Made by a program: the position numbers and the translations under genes. Shown piece after piece: positions 8,776 through 18,162 of a stretch of DNA of 64,000 nt; within the stretch, counting starts at the first letter, position 1; every line of letters begins with the position of its first letter. The notes under the pieces are model-generated. The model was not told the DNA's origin, made no database searches, and worked only from the letters and a program-made list of their open reading frames with translations. Source of the stretch: Firmicutes bacterium CAG:24053_14 (lineage in GTDB: Bacteria; Bacillota; Clostridia; Oscillospirales; Oscillospiraceae); NCBI GenBank assembly GCA_001916715.1, contig MNSZ01000064.1, positions 89,097 to 153,096 of the forward strand, written 5' to 3'.

Positions 8776-9513
8776 TCAATAAATGCTTGTGTTTTTTGCC
8801 GATATGAACATTCTGCCCCTGTCGCCCTGCGGACAGTCGGAGAAAAACTCGACCTGCTCAAAGCCCGATTTTTCGAGCATGGCTTTGAGCGCCTCGGGCG
8901 AGTGGGCGTATTCGACGTGCTCCTCGCATTCGCGCTGCCACAGCTTGCCGCGCCGGGAGAACAGATCCATTCCGTACAGAAGCGTGTTATCCTCCTCAGA
9001 AAAATCCGCGCGCCAGAGGCAGAGCACATCGTCTGTCTCGTCCACAAAAATCTCGCCGTCGAGCGCCCTGAAGCTCTCCGGCGTTTTGATATCGAATATA
9101 AAAAGTCCGTACGGCCGCACAAAAAGGTGCAGCCTGTCGAATACGCGGCCGAGCTTATCGGGGGAGATGTAGTTTATCCCGTCGAGCGAGCAGTAGGCCG
9201 CGTCTACCGTACCGTAAAGATCAAGCTCGCATGCATCCTGACACAGATACAAAGGCACGATCTCCGCGTCCGAAGCTTTGCCGGAGGCCTGCATGAGCAT
9301 ATCCGCCGAAGCATCGACAGCGATCATTTCGTATCCGCGGTGCGCCATGAGCGCGGTGAGCGTACCCGTGCCGCAGCAGAGATCGAGAAGCGTTTTAAAC
9401 TCGCCGCCGTCAAAGTTAAACCGTTCCTCGTAGAAGTCGGCAAACTCGCCGTAGGGGATATCGCCGGTGAGCGTGTCGTACCAAAGCGACAGCGGCCCGT
9501 AGGAGGAAGCCAT
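8776..9513 (-). CDS. Class I SAM-dependent methyltransferase
   Basis: SAM motif I (LLDLCCGTGTLT) and a Rossmann-like organisation. Confidence 0.75.
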   Translation of the reverse strand: MASSYGPLSLWYDTLTGDIPYGEFADFYEERFNFDGGEFKTLLDLCCGTGTLTALMAHRGYEMIAVDASADMLMQASGKASDAEIVPLYLCQDACELDLYGTVDAAYCSLDGINYISPDKLGRVFDRLHLFVRPYGLFIFDIKTPESFRALDGEIFVDETDDVLCLWRADFSEEDNTLLYGMDLFSRRGKLWQRECEEHVEYAHSPEALKAMLEKSGFEQVEFFSDCPQGDRGRMFISAKNTSIY

Positions 9514-9815
9514 CAGTCCTCTTCCTTCTGCTCTGCAAGGCGCTCGAACACGATCTCGTATCCGTCCTTTCCGTATTGCAGCGAGCGGTTGACACGGCTT
9601 ATCGTTGCGCTGGAAGCACCGGTCTCTGCCAGAATATCGTTATAGATCATGCCCTTGGAAAGGCACACTGCGACCTGATAGCGCTGTTCCATTGCCTGGA
9701 TCTCGGTTACGGTGCAAAGATCGTCGAAGAAGTCCATGCACTCCTCGACCGTCTTGAGCGTCAGTATTGCCTTATACATATCCTGATTGCGGGGTTTCCT
9801 GTTAAGCTTGTTCAT
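9513..9815 (-). CDS. YerC/YecD family TrpR-related DNA-binding protein
   Basis: MNKLNRKPRNQDMYKAILTLKTVEECMDFFDDLCTVTEIQAMEQRYQVA..TGASSATISRVNR. The start is set at the ATG preceded by GAAGGAGG. Confidence 0.8.
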   Translation of the reverse strand: MNKLNRKPRNQDMYKAILTLKTVEECMDFFDDLCTVTEIQAMEQRYQVAVCLSKGMIYNDILAETGASSATISRVNRSLQYGKDGYEIVFERLAEQKEED

Positions 9816-9955
9816 GAAATAACCTCCTTCGGTCATACATTTACATTTTACATCAACACATCACATTTGTAAAGTGTTAGCGCCTTGAATTGAATTCATA
9901 ATCATATAAAACAGAGATAATTGCTTTTTGTACTTTAAATGCCATAAGATTTCTA

Positions 9956-9984
9956 TTGATTAAAATTGATAAATGTAATACAAT
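9956..9984 (+). promoter_or_regulatory. Candidate sigma-A promoter firing into the inverted-repeat element upstream of nfeD
   Basis: TTGATT, a 17-nt spacer, then TACAAT. The predicted start site is about 9991, the first bases of the left repeat arm. Confidence 0.45.
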
Positions 9985-9988
9985 AAGA

Positions 9989-10269
9989 TTAAGCTGACGA
10001 GAGTCGAACGCATATCGGTTTTGACGGGCAGATTTCCGCCCATGCTGCGTTAAAGCTCTTGATAATACGACAGTATTCTCTTCAAGCTTTGCCTTGCCTG
10101 AGCAAAAATCTGCTCCGGCAAAACTGCAAAGCACCTGTCGGCTGTGCTTTTCAAGATATTTTCGGCTTTATTTGATGCAGGTGGGCTGGCGCCCATCAAG
10201 GCAAAAAAGGCGAAAATAGCCGGAAGGGTACGCCGACAGGCGATATGCGTTCGACTCTCGTCAGCTTAA
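9989..10269. repeat. Perfect 29-bp inverted repeat (9989-10017 / 10241-10269) enclosing a 223-bp segment
   Basis: TTAAGCTGACGAGAGTCGAACGCATATCG and its exact reverse complement. The right arm ends 6 nt before the nfeD RBS. Confidence 0.9.
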
Positions 10270-10289
10270 GAAAATTGGAGGTGAAAGCA

Positions 10290-10754
10290 ATGCCATCATT
10301 TGAAATGACGATGACAATGTTCTGGCTGATCGCCATGGTGTTCTTCCTCGTTGTCGAGGCGGTAACGGTGGGACTTGTGTGCATCTGGTTTGCAGCCGGC
10401 TCTCTTGTTGCGCTGCTGTGCGCCATGTTCGATGCGCCCGTTTGGCTTCAGATCGTTGTGTTTCTAATCGTGTCGGCGGTGACATTGTATTACACAAGGC
10501 CGCTGGTGAAGAAGTATGTCAACAATAAGGTCGAGCCGACAAATGCCGATATCGTTATCGGAAAGGAGTGCCGCGTGACCGAAACGATCGACAATATCGC
10601 AGGAACCGGCGCCGTTTATGTTGACGGGAAAACATGGACGGCACGCAGCGCCGACGATAGCGAGACTATCCCCGAGGGAGCGCTTGTAACGGCACGGCAG
10701 ATAGACGGAGTCAAGCTCATAGTTTCGGCTATGGAAAAAGAAACAATAAAATAA
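10290..10754 (+). CDS. NfeD family membrane protein
   Basis: Start MPSFEMTM after a GGAGGTG RBS. Three TM helices plus a C-terminal OB-fold (GKTWTARS...). It precedes an SPFH gene, as is typical. Confidence 0.8.
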   Translation: MPSFEMTMTMFWLIAMVFFLVVEAVTVGLVCIWFAAGSLVALLCAMFDAPVWLQIVVFLIVSAVTLYYTRPLVKKYVNNKVEPTNADIVIGKECRVTETIDNIAGTGAVYVDGKTWTARSADDSETIPEGALVTARQIDGVKLIVSAMEKETIK

Positions 10755-10772
10755 ATTTTAAGGAGACAGCAA

Positions 10773-11678
10773 ATGCAATATGTAATTTACGTACTGATAC
10801 TTCTTGCGCTTATAATCATCGTAAGAAATATCCGCGTCGTCCAGCAGAGCAAGGTCATGATAATCGAGCGCCTTGGCAAATATCAGGCCACCTGGGGCAC
10901 CGGCATCCATGTCAAGATCCCCTTCTTTGAAAGAGTCGCAAAGACCATCTCCCTCAAGGAGCAGGTCGCGGACTTTCCGCCTCAGCCCGTTATCACCAAG
11001 GATAACGTCACCATGCAGATCGACACCGTTATCTACTTCCAGATAACCGATCCCAAGCTTTACACATACGGCATTGAGCACCCCATGGTCGCTATCGAGA
11101 ACCTGTCGGCAACCACGCTGCGTAACATAATCGGCGATCTCGAGCTTGACCAGTGCCTTACCAGCCGCGACCTTATTAACGGAAAAATGCGCACCATCCT
11201 TGACGAGGCTACCGACCCCTGGGGCATCAAGGTAAACCGCGTTGAGCTTAAAAACATCCTGCCGCCCAGAGAGATCCAGTCGGCGATGGAAAAGCAGATG
11301 AAGGCAGAGCGTGAGCGCCGTGAAGCCATTCTCCGCGCCGAAGGCGAAAAACGTGCTGCGATCCTCGAGGCCGAGGGCGAGAAGGAGTCGGCTATTCTGC
11401 GCGCGGATGCAAAGAAGCAGCAGCAGATCCTTGAAGCCGAAGGCGAAGCCGAGGCTATCCTCAAGGTTCAGACCGCTACCGCCGAAGGTATCCGCCTTAT
11501 AAACGAGTCCATGCCGAGCGAGGCCGTGCTGAAGATCAAGGCTCTCGAGGCATTTGCCGCAGCCGCCAACGGCAAGGCGACCAAGATCATCATCCCCAGC
11601 GAGATCCAGGGCATTGCAGGCCTGGCCGAGGGTGTTGTTCAGTCTGTAAAGGACGTTCCGGCAGACAAGGCAGAGTAA
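10773..11678 (+). CDS. SPFH/Band 7 (stomatin/flotillin-like) protein
   Basis: N-terminal TM helix, an SPFH domain, and a coiled-coil segment of EAEG/KRAAILEAEGEK repeats. Confidence 0.85.
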   Translation: MQYVIYVLILLALIIIVRNIRVVQQSKVMIIERLGKYQATWGTGIHVKIPFFERVAKTISLKEQVADFPPQPVITKDNVTMQIDTVIYFQITDPKLYTYGIEHPMVAIENLSATTLRNIIGDLELDQCLTSRDLINGKMRTILDEATDPWGIKVNRVELKNILPPREIQSAMEKQMKAERERREAILRAEGEKRAAILEAEGEKESAILRADAKKQQQILEAEGEAEAILKVQTATAEGIRLINESMPSEAVLKIKALEAFAAAANGKATKIIIPSEIQGIAGLAEGVVQSVKDVPADKAE

Positions 11679-11696
11679 GAAAAAAGTTTAATAAAA

Positions 11697-11726
11697 GACC
11701 CGACGGGGGCTCCGCCGGGTCTTTTT
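11697..11726 (+). terminator. Intrinsic terminator after the SPFH gene
   Basis: 10-bp GC-rich stem GACCCGACGG/CCGCCGGGTC with one mismatch, followed by TTTTT. Confidence 0.75.
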
Positions 11727-11736
11727 GAGGTATATT

Positions 11737-12993
11737 ATGATCAAAGTAGCACAGTTTATGAAAAACCACGGCATGGATGCCGAGCGCATCGACCTTGCCG
11801 AATACACGAAAGCCTTTGCCGGCGCAATGCGCTCGGGGCTTGGCGCTTTTCAGAAGGAAATGCCAATGCTTCCGACGTATCTGTATTCCTCCGGCAAGCT
11901 CCAAAAGGGCGGCAGGGCCGTAGTCATAGACGCCGGAGGTACGAATTTCCGCACGGCCGTCGTGGACTTTGACGGAAAAAAGGCCGTCATCGAATCGCTC
12001 GACAAGCGCCACATGCCCGGAGCGGACGAGCCTGCGGAATGGAATGAGTTTATCTCCTGCGTTGCCGACTGCGTGCAGCCGCTGATGGGGCAGACCGCGG
12101 ATATAGGCTTCTGTTTTTCCTACCCCATCGAGATCACGCCCGAGTGCGACGGTAAGATACTAGGTTTGACAAAGCAGGTGGATATCAAAGGTGCTGCCGG
12201 CTCGTATCTCGGAGCGGCTCTGCGCACAGAGCTTGAAGCTCGCGGCGAGCACCCCGGCAGGATCGTCGTTTTGAACGACACTCCGGCTACGCTGCTCGCC
12301 GGTAAGGCGCTCGCCAAGGGCAGCTACGACGGCTATATCGGCCTCGTTGCCGGTACCGGCTGCAACACCTGCTGTGAGATCGAATGCGGCAGGATAGGCA
12401 AGCTCGATATGACCGGCGGCAGGAAAATGCTCGTTAACCTCGAAAGCGGCTCGTTTTCGGGTTTCGCGCGCGGCGACGCGGACCTCGCGATGGACGCCGA
12501 CCTGCCGGACACCGGCGAGTATGTCGCGGAAAAGATGATATCCGGCCGCTATCTCGGGCAGGTGTGCATGTACACGCTGAAAATGGCCGCTGCCGAGGGA
12601 CTTTTCTCCGAGCGCGCATCCGAGACGATCGAAAAAATGACCGAGGTCGTGACCCCGACTATCGACAAATGGGGCAGCGGACGCTTTCCGAAGGGCTTCG
12701 ACAGCGAGGATAGGGTCAATCTGGTTTACATAATCAACGAAATTTTCGAGCGCTCGGCCAGATGCATTGCAAGCATGCTCTGCGGCATACTTGAGGTCAC
12801 GGGAGCGGGCGAGGCACGCCCTGTGTGCATTGCGGTGGACGGCTCGCTGTATTCCGAGAGCAAGCTCCTGCGGCCCGAGCTTGAACGATTCATGGACGTG
12901 TACGCCGGAGAGATCATGGGCAGACGCTATGAGTTCGTGAATGCCGAAAATATGAGCCTTATCGGAACCGCCGCGGCGGTTTTGCTGAAATAA
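11737..12993 (+). CDS. Hexokinase-family sugar kinase
   Basis: IDAGGTNFR phosphate-1 motif and LNDTPATLLAG (hexokinase NDTVGTL-like). ATG at 11737 follows a GAGG RBS. Confidence 0.75.
   Translation: MIKVAQFMKNHGMDAERIDLAEYTKAFAGAMRSGLGAFQKEMPMLPTYLYSSGKLQKGGRAVVIDAGGTNFRTAVVDFDGKKAVIESLDKRHMPGADEPAEWNEFISCVADCVQPLMGQTADIGFCFSYPIEITPECDGKILGLTKQVDIKGAAGSYLGAALRTELEARGEHPGRIVVLNDTPATLLAGKALAKGSYDGYIGLVAGTGCNTCCEIECGRIGKLDMTGGRKMLVNLESGSFSGFARGDADLAMDADLPDTGEYVAEKMISGRYLGQVCMYTLKMAAAEGLFSERASETIEKMTEVVTPTIDKWGSGRFPKGFDSEDRVNLVYIINEIFERSARCIASMLCGILEVTGAGEARPVCIAVDGSLYSESKLLRPELERFMDVYAGEIMGRRYEFVNAENMSLIGTAAAVLLK
12724..12734 (-). repeat. dif XerD-arm-like word ATTATGTAAAC, site 1/10 (reverse orientation), inside the hexokinase CDS
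   Basis: The plus strand reads GTTTACATAAT and codes for LVYII. Confidence 0.9.
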
Positions 12994-12996
12994 GCT

Positions 12997-13959
12997 ATGA
13001 AACACGCATTTAGAAAAATCATACCGCTGCTTCTGGCGCTGTGTCTTGCCCTGTCGGGCTGCACCGCGCAGGAAGCGGAGAAAAAGGACAGCTCAAAGCT
13101 CCAGATAGTCTGCACGAATTTCCCGGCCTACGACTTTGCACGCGAGATGGCAGGGGACAGGGCGCAGATAAAGCTTCTCATAAAGCCCGGCGCGGAGGTG
13201 CACTCATACGAGCCTGCGCCAAAGGAGATCGTTGCGATACAGGAGAGTGACCTGTTTATCTGCAACGGCGGCGAGTCCGAGGCCTGGGTCGAGTCGCTCG
13301 TGTCCGACGATGTAAACGTTCTGCGCATGATGGACTGCGTTGAGACTCTTGCCGAAAGCAGCGAGGGCATATACGCTGCCGACCACGATCATGAGCACGA
13401 GGACGAGCACGACCATGACCACGAGGAAGAGGAGCTTGACGAGCATGTGTGGACAACGCCCGGCAACGCGGCGAAGATCTGCTATGCCCTGTGCGATAAG
13501 CTCTGCGAGCTTGACCCGGATAACGCAAACGAGTATATGCTCAATTACGAGGTCTACAACGCAAAGCTCATGGAGCTTGACATAGACATACGCACGACCG
13601 TCATGAACGGAGCGCGCAAAACGCTCATTTTTGCCGACAGATTTCCGATGCGCTACTTCACGCGCGAGTACGGCCTGACGTATTACGCGGCCTACCCCGG
13701 CTGCGCGTCGCAGACCGAGCCGTCGGCCAAGACGGTGGCGTTCCTCATCGACCATGTGCGCGAGGAGAACATACCGGCGGTGCTGTACATGGAGTTTTCA
13801 AACGAAAAGATGGCCGACGTCATCTGCGAGGATACCGGCTGCAAAAAGCTGCCGTTTTACTCGGCGCACAGCATCACCGCGCAGCAGTTTGAGGACGGGG
13901 TTACTTACCTTGACCTCATGCGCATGAATATAGAGACCCTGAAGGAGGCGCTTTACTGA
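12997..13959 (+). CDS. Zinc/metal ABC transporter substrate-binding lipoprotein (ZnuA/AdcA type)
   Basis: Lipobox LSGC and the acidic His-rich loop DHDHEHEDEHDHDHEEEE typical of zinc-specific cluster A-I binding proteins. Confidence 0.85.
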   Translation: MKHAFRKIIPLLLALCLALSGCTAQEAEKKDSSKLQIVCTNFPAYDFAREMAGDRAQIKLLIKPGAEVHSYEPAPKEIVAIQESDLFICNGGESEAWVESLVSDDVNVLRMMDCVETLAESSEGIYAADHDHEHEDEHDHDHEEEELDEHVWTTPGNAAKICYALCDKLCELDPDNANEYMLNYEVYNAKLMELDIDIRTTVMNGARKTLIFADRFPMRYFTREYGLTYYAAYPGCASQTEPSAKTVAFLIDHVREENIPAVLYMEFSNEKMADVICEDTGCKKLPFYSAHSITAQQFEDGVTYLDLMRMNIETLKEALY

Positions 13960-13960
13960 T

Positions 13961-14665
13961 ATGGCACAGATAATATGCCGCGACCTGAGCTTTGCCTATG
14001 ACGGCGAAACGGTGCTCAGTGACATTAACTTCTCGCTCGACGCAGGCGCATATCTGTGCATCGTCGGCGAAAACGGCTCGGGCAAGAGCACGCTCATGCG
14101 CGGACTTCTCGGGCTGAAAACGCCTTCGACCGGCACGATAACGTTCAATGATCTGAAGCCGACCGAGATCGGCTATCTTCCGCAGCAGACGCAGATCCAG
14201 CGCGATTTTCCGGCATCGGTGCGCGAGGTGGTGCTCTCCGGCAGACTCAATTCCATGCACGGCAGGCTGTTCTATAACGCTGCCGACAAAGCCGCCGCGG
14301 CCGAGAATATGGAACGGCTCGGCATCGATGATATAGCCGACCGCTGCTATCTTGAGCTTTCCGGCGGACAGCAGCAGCGCGTTCTGCTTGCGCGCGCAAT
14401 GTGCGCAACGAAGAAGCTGCTGGTTCTCGATGAGCCGGTGACAGGCCTTGACCCCGTTGCGGCAAACGAGATGTATAACCTCATAAAGCTCGTAAACCTC
14501 TGCGATAATACGAGCGTTATAATGATATCGCACGATATCCACGCCGCAGTGAGATACGCAACGCATATCCTGCACCTCGGACACAGCCAGCTTTTCTTCG
14601 GCACGACCGCGCAGTATCGCGAAAGCGATCTCGCGCGCAGATTTGTGGGAGGTGAGAGAGCATGA
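13961..14665 (+). CDS. Metal ABC transporter ATP-binding protein
   Basis: Walker A GENGSGKST, signature LSGGQQQR and Walker B LLVLDEP. Confidence 0.85.
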   Translation: MAQIICRDLSFAYDGETVLSDINFSLDAGAYLCIVGENGSGKSTLMRGLLGLKTPSTGTITFNDLKPTEIGYLPQQTQIQRDFPASVREVVLSGRLNSMHGRLFYNAADKAAAAENMERLGIDDIADRCYLELSGGQQQRVLLARAMCATKKLLVLDEPVTGLDPVAANEMYNLIKLVNLCDNTSVIMISHDIHAAVRYATHILHLGHSQLFFGTTAQYRESDLARRFVGGERA

Positions 14666-15483
14666 TAGAGCTTATAAAAGAGATGTTCTCTTATCACTTC
14701 ATGGTAAGAGCCGTTGTCGTCGGCGTGCTCGTTTCGCTGTGCGCGGCGCTGCTTGGCGTTTCGCTCGTGCTCAAGCGCTATTCCATGATCGGCGACGGCC
14801 TGTCACACGTCGGCTTCGGCGCACTGGCCATCGCGGCAGCGGTGAATGTCGCGCCGTTGTACCTTGCCGTTCCTGTCGTTATCGCGGCGGCGTTCCTGCT
14901 GCTGAGGATAAATCAGAACAGCAAGATAAAGGGCGATGCGGCTATCGCGCTGATTTCCTCGTCGGCGCTGGCGATAGGCGTTGTGACCGTCTCGCTCACA
15001 ACGGGCATGAACACCGACGTTTCAAACTACATGTTCGGCAGCATCCTCTCGCTAAGCCATGCCGACGCGGTGCTGAGCATAGTGCTCTCCGTCGTCGTGC
15101 TTTTGATGTTCGTTCTGCTGTATCCGCGCATATTTGCCGTCACATTTGACGAGACCTTTGCGCGCGCAACGGGAACAAAGGCGCAGCTTATAAACAGCGT
15201 CATAGCCGTCCTCACCGCCGTCACGGTGGTCATCGGTATGCGCATGATGGGCGCGCTGCTCATATCGAGCCTGATAATTTTCCCGGCGCTGACGGCGATG
15301 CGTATCTGCCGCAGCTTTAAGGGTGTAGTTATTTGCTCGGCGGTCGTTTCCGTCGTGTGCTTTGTGATCGGAATGGCTGCATCTTATGCATTCGAGCTGC
15401 CGTCCGGCGCGGCGATAGTGATAGTCAATATAATCGCGTTTGCGGCATTTTCTTTTGCAGCTTTACTAAAAAAGAGGGCATAA
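14662..15483 (+). CDS. Metal ABC transporter permease (ZnuB type)
   Basis: Polytopic ABC-3 family membrane protein that overlaps the ATPase gene by 4 nt. Confidence 0.85.
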   Translation: MIELIKEMFSYHFMVRAVVVGVLVSLCAALLGVSLVLKRYSMIGDGLSHVGFGALAIAAAVNVAPLYLAVPVVIAAAFLLLRINQNSKIKGDAAIALISSSALAIGVVTVSLTTGMNTDVSNYMFGSILSLSHADAVLSIVLSVVVLLMFVLLYPRIFAVTFDETFARATGTKAQLINSVIAVLTAVTVVIGMRMMGALLISSLIIFPALTAMRICRSFKGVVICSAVVSVVCFVIGMAASYAFELPSGAAIVIVNIIAFAAFSFAALLKKRA

Positions 15484-15643
15484 AACTGTACAAAGCACAT
15501 AAAAGCCGGCTCCGAACAACAAATTCGGGGTCGATTTTTTATGCAAAAATTCATGAAAACGGTGAATATTCGCGCAATAATGAATATTATTCATTAAATA
15601 CGGCTGTTTGACGAAAAATTACGAATATTTTTTCAAAAAAGTG

Positions 15644-15672
15644 TTGACAACAGTGAATAAACATGCTAATAT
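15644..15672 (+). promoter_or_regulatory. Sigma-A promoter of the amino-acid ABC operon
   Basis: TTGACA, a 17-nt spacer, then TAATAT. Confidence 0.55.
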
Positions 15673-15732
15673 AGGCAACGTCGTAAGGAACGACACAAAA
15701 AACAGTTTAAAATTTTTTGAGAGGTATAGAAA

Positions 15733-16581
15733 ATGAAAAAGTTTATCGCACTTATGCTCGCGATGGTCATGGTGTTCGCACTGTGCGCCTGCGGCAACGA
15801 TACAGGCAATAAGGATAAAGACGGCGACCAGGCAAGCACAAAGCTGAAGATCCTTGACTCCGAATATGTCACCGAGGATTACGCTATCGGCATTGCAAAG
15901 GAAAACACCGCACTGCTTGATAAGGTCAATGCAGCTCTCAAGGAGCTCAAGGACGACGGCACTCTCAAGACTGTCACCGATTACTTCATCGCAGGCACCG
16001 GCACTCTCCCCGAGGTTCAGAAGAATGTTGCGGCCGACGCAGAGGAGCTCGTTATGGCTACCAACGCTACATTCCCTCCGTATGAGTCCGTTGACGGCGA
16101 CAAGATCGTCGGTATCGACCCCACTGTAGCAGGCCTTATTGCCGATAAGCTCGGCATGAAGCTCGTCATTAACGATATGGAGTTTGACGCAATCATTCCC
16201 GCACTCACCTCCGGCAAGGCCGACATCGCAATGGCCGGCATGACCGTTACCGAGGAGCGTCTCCAGAGCATCAACTTCTCCGACAGCTATGCTACCGGCA
16301 TTCAGGTAATGATCGTTAAGGAAGACTCCGACATCTCCAGTGCTGACGACATCGTTGCAAAGATCGAGAACGGCGAGAACATCCAGATCGGATGCCAGAT
16401 CGTAACTACCGGTTACATTTATGCTTCCGACACAATTGAGAACGGCGGCTTCGGCGAGGATCATGTTCAGGCATTCCCCAAGGGTGCTGACGCTATTGCA
16501 GCTCTCACCAGCGGCAAGATCGATTGCGTTATCATCGACAATGAGCCGGCAAAGGCATTTGTTGAAGCAAACAACGGCTGA
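15733..16581 (+). CDS. Polar amino-acid ABC transporter substrate-binding lipoprotein
   Basis: Lipobox LCACG and a family 3 solute-binding fold (ATNATFPPYE, GKADIAMAGMT). Confidence 0.85.
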   Translation: MKKFIALMLAMVMVFALCACGNDTGNKDKDGDQASTKLKILDSEYVTEDYAIGIAKENTALLDKVNAALKELKDDGTLKTVTDYFIAGTGTLPEVQKNVAADAEELVMATNATFPPYESVDGDKIVGIDPTVAGLIADKLGMKLVINDMEFDAIIPALTSGKADIAMAGMTVTEERLQSINFSDSYATGIQVMIVKEDSDISSADDIVAKIENGENIQIGCQIVTTGYIYASDTIENGGFGEDHVQAFPKGADAIAALTSGKIDCVIIDNEPAKAFVEANNG

Positions 16582-16583
16582 TA

Positions 16584-16628
16584 GCTAACCTGACAGGCGG
16601 CAGGGATTCGACTCCCGTCAGCTTAAAC
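16584..16628. repeat. Short hairpin element sharing 19/20 nt with the right arm of the 10-kb inverted repeat
   Basis: TTCGACTCCCGTCAGCTTAA (16607-16626) compared with TTCGACTCTCGTCAGCTTAA (10250-10269). Locally, CTGACAGG pairs with CCCGTCAG. Confidence 0.6.
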
Positions 16629-16637
16629 AATTTGATA

Positions 16638-16671
16638 AATGAGGCTCCGTGCGGTTATGGAGCCTCATTTT
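16638..16671 (+). terminator. Intrinsic terminator or attenuator between the SBP and permease genes
   Basis: Stem AAATGAGGCTCC/GGAGCCTCATTT followed by T. Confidence 0.75.
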
Positions 16672-16699
16672 GAGCGTTTGAGAATTAGGAGGTAGATTT

Positions 16700-17428
16700 T
16701 TGGAAGCGTGGATGGCAGATATCAAAAGTCAATTCATATTAAATTTTATAGAAAAAGACCGTTGGCGGCTTCTGGTTGACGGTCTCGGCAACACACTCAA
16801 AATAACTGCCGTTGCCTGCCTTATCGGCATATGCATCGGTGTCATCATAGCCATAGTGCGGTCAACATGGGATAAAAACCACCTCACGATGCGACCGAGC
16901 ATCGGCAAGACCCTGCTCGGCATAGTTAACGGCATATGCAAGGTGTACCTGACGGTTATCCGCGGCACACCTGTGGTCGTTCAGCTGATGATCATATACT
17001 ATATAATATTTGCATCCTCCCGAAACAGCCTTGCGATAGCGATGCTCGCATTCGGAATAAACTCCGGTGCGTATGTCGCCGAGATAGTACGCGGCGGCAT
17101 AATGTCAATCGACGAGGGACAGTTCGAGGCGGGACGCTCGCTCGGCTTTAACTATGTCCGCACAATGCAGTACATAATAATACCGCAGGTTTTCAAAAAT
17201 GTTCTGCCGACGCTCGCAAACGAGTTCATCGTCCTGCTCAAGGAGACCTCCGTTGCCGGCTATGTAGCGATCCGTGATCTCACCAAGGCGGGCGATATTA
17301 TTCGCGGTGCAACCTATTCGCCCTTCCTGCCGCTTATCGTCGTTGCACTCATATACCTCATAATGGTCGTGTTCTTTACATGGCTCGTCGGCAGGCTGGA
17401 AAGGAGGCTGCGCAGCAGTGACCACTGA
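16700..17428 (+). CDS. Polar amino-acid ABC transporter permease
   Basis: His/Glu/Gln/Arg permease family with an EAA-like loop ([11 protein letters not shown]). TTG start 7 nt after AGGAGG. Confidence 0.85.
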   Translation: MEAWMADIKSQFILNFIEKDRWRLLVDGLGNTLKITAVACLIGICIGVIIAIVRSTWDKNHLTMRPSIGKTLLGIVNGICKVYLTVIRGTPVVVQLMIIYYIIFASSRNSLAIAMLAFGINSGAYVAEIVRGGIMSIDEGQFEAGRSLGFNYVRTMQYIIIPQVFKNVLPTLANEFIVLLKETSVAGYVAIRDLTKAGDIIRGATYSPFLPLIVVALIYLIMVVFFTWLVGRLERRLRSSDH

Positions 17429-18161
17429 TGTTCTCATAAAAGTAGATGATCTCCAGAAGCAGTTTAAGGGCGGCAAGATCAAAGCGCTCGACGGTGTGAG
17501 CACCGACATACATAAGGGCGAGGTAGTTGTTGTCATCGGCCCCTCCGGCTCGGGTAAGTCAACCTTCCTCAGATGCCTCAATCTCCTTGAGGTGCCCACC
17601 GGCGGCACGATAACCTTTGACGGCGTTGATATAACTGATCCGAGCTGCAATATAAATCTCCACCGTCAGAAGATGGGTATGGTTTTCCAGCACTTCAACC
17701 TCTTTCCGCATATGACACTGCTCAGAAATATGACCCTTGCGCCGATGAAGCTTCTCGGAAAAAGCAAGGAGGACGCGGAAGCCAAGGCTATGGAGCTTCT
17801 CGCACGCGTAGGCCTTGCCGACCGCGCCAATGCGTATCCCAGCCAGCTCTCCGGCGGCCAGAAACAGCGTATCGCCATCGTGCGCGCGCTGTGCATGGAG
17901 CCTGACGTTATGCTCTTTGACGAGCCGACGAGTGCACTCGACCCCGAAATGGTCGGCGAGGTTCTCGACGTTATGAAGGAGCTTGCCCACGAGGGCATGA
18001 CGATGGTCGTCGTTACCCACGAGATGGGCTTTGCCCGTGAGGTCGGCAACCGCGTGCTGTTCATGGCTGACGGTAAGCTCGTTGAAGAAGGTACGCCCGA
18101 GGATATATTTGAGCATCCTCAGAGCGAGCGCTTGCAGGACTTCCTGTCCAAGGTACTTTGA
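17418..18161 (+). CDS. Polar amino-acid ABC transporter ATP-binding protein (GlnQ type)
   Basis: Walker [10 protein letters not shown], signature LSGGQKQR and Walker [11 protein letters not shown]. Confidence 0.9.
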   Translation: MTTDVLIKVDDLQKQFKGGKIKALDGVSTDIHKGEVVVVIGPSGSGKSTFLRCLNLLEVPTGGTITFDGVDITDPSCNINLHRQKMGMVFQHFNLFPHMTLLRNMTLAPMKLLGKSKEDAEAKAMELLARVGLADRANAYPSQLSGGQKQRIAIVRALCMEPDVMLFDEPTSALDPEMVGEVLDVMKELAHEGMTMVVVTHEMGFAREVGNRVLFMADGKLVEEGTPEDIFEHPQSERLQDFLSKVL

Positions 18162-18162
18162 T

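Noticed and set aside
9994-10012. A hammerhead-ribozyme-like core (CUGACGAG...CGAAC) within the repeat arm.
   Set aside because: There is no room for stem II between the CUGANGA and GAAA boxes, and no stem I/III partners or cleavage-site context.
13375-13440. A His/Asp/Glu low-complexity stretch (DHDHEHEDEHDHDHEEEE) as a possible repeat expansion.
   Set aside because: This is the characteristic metal-chelating loop of ZnuA/AdcA-type zinc-binding proteins.
16607-16621. A tRNA T-arm or tmRNA-like fragment (GATTCGACTCCC).
   Set aside because: There is no acceptor stem, anticodon arm or CCA context. The similarity is limited to a TTCGA-like pentamer.
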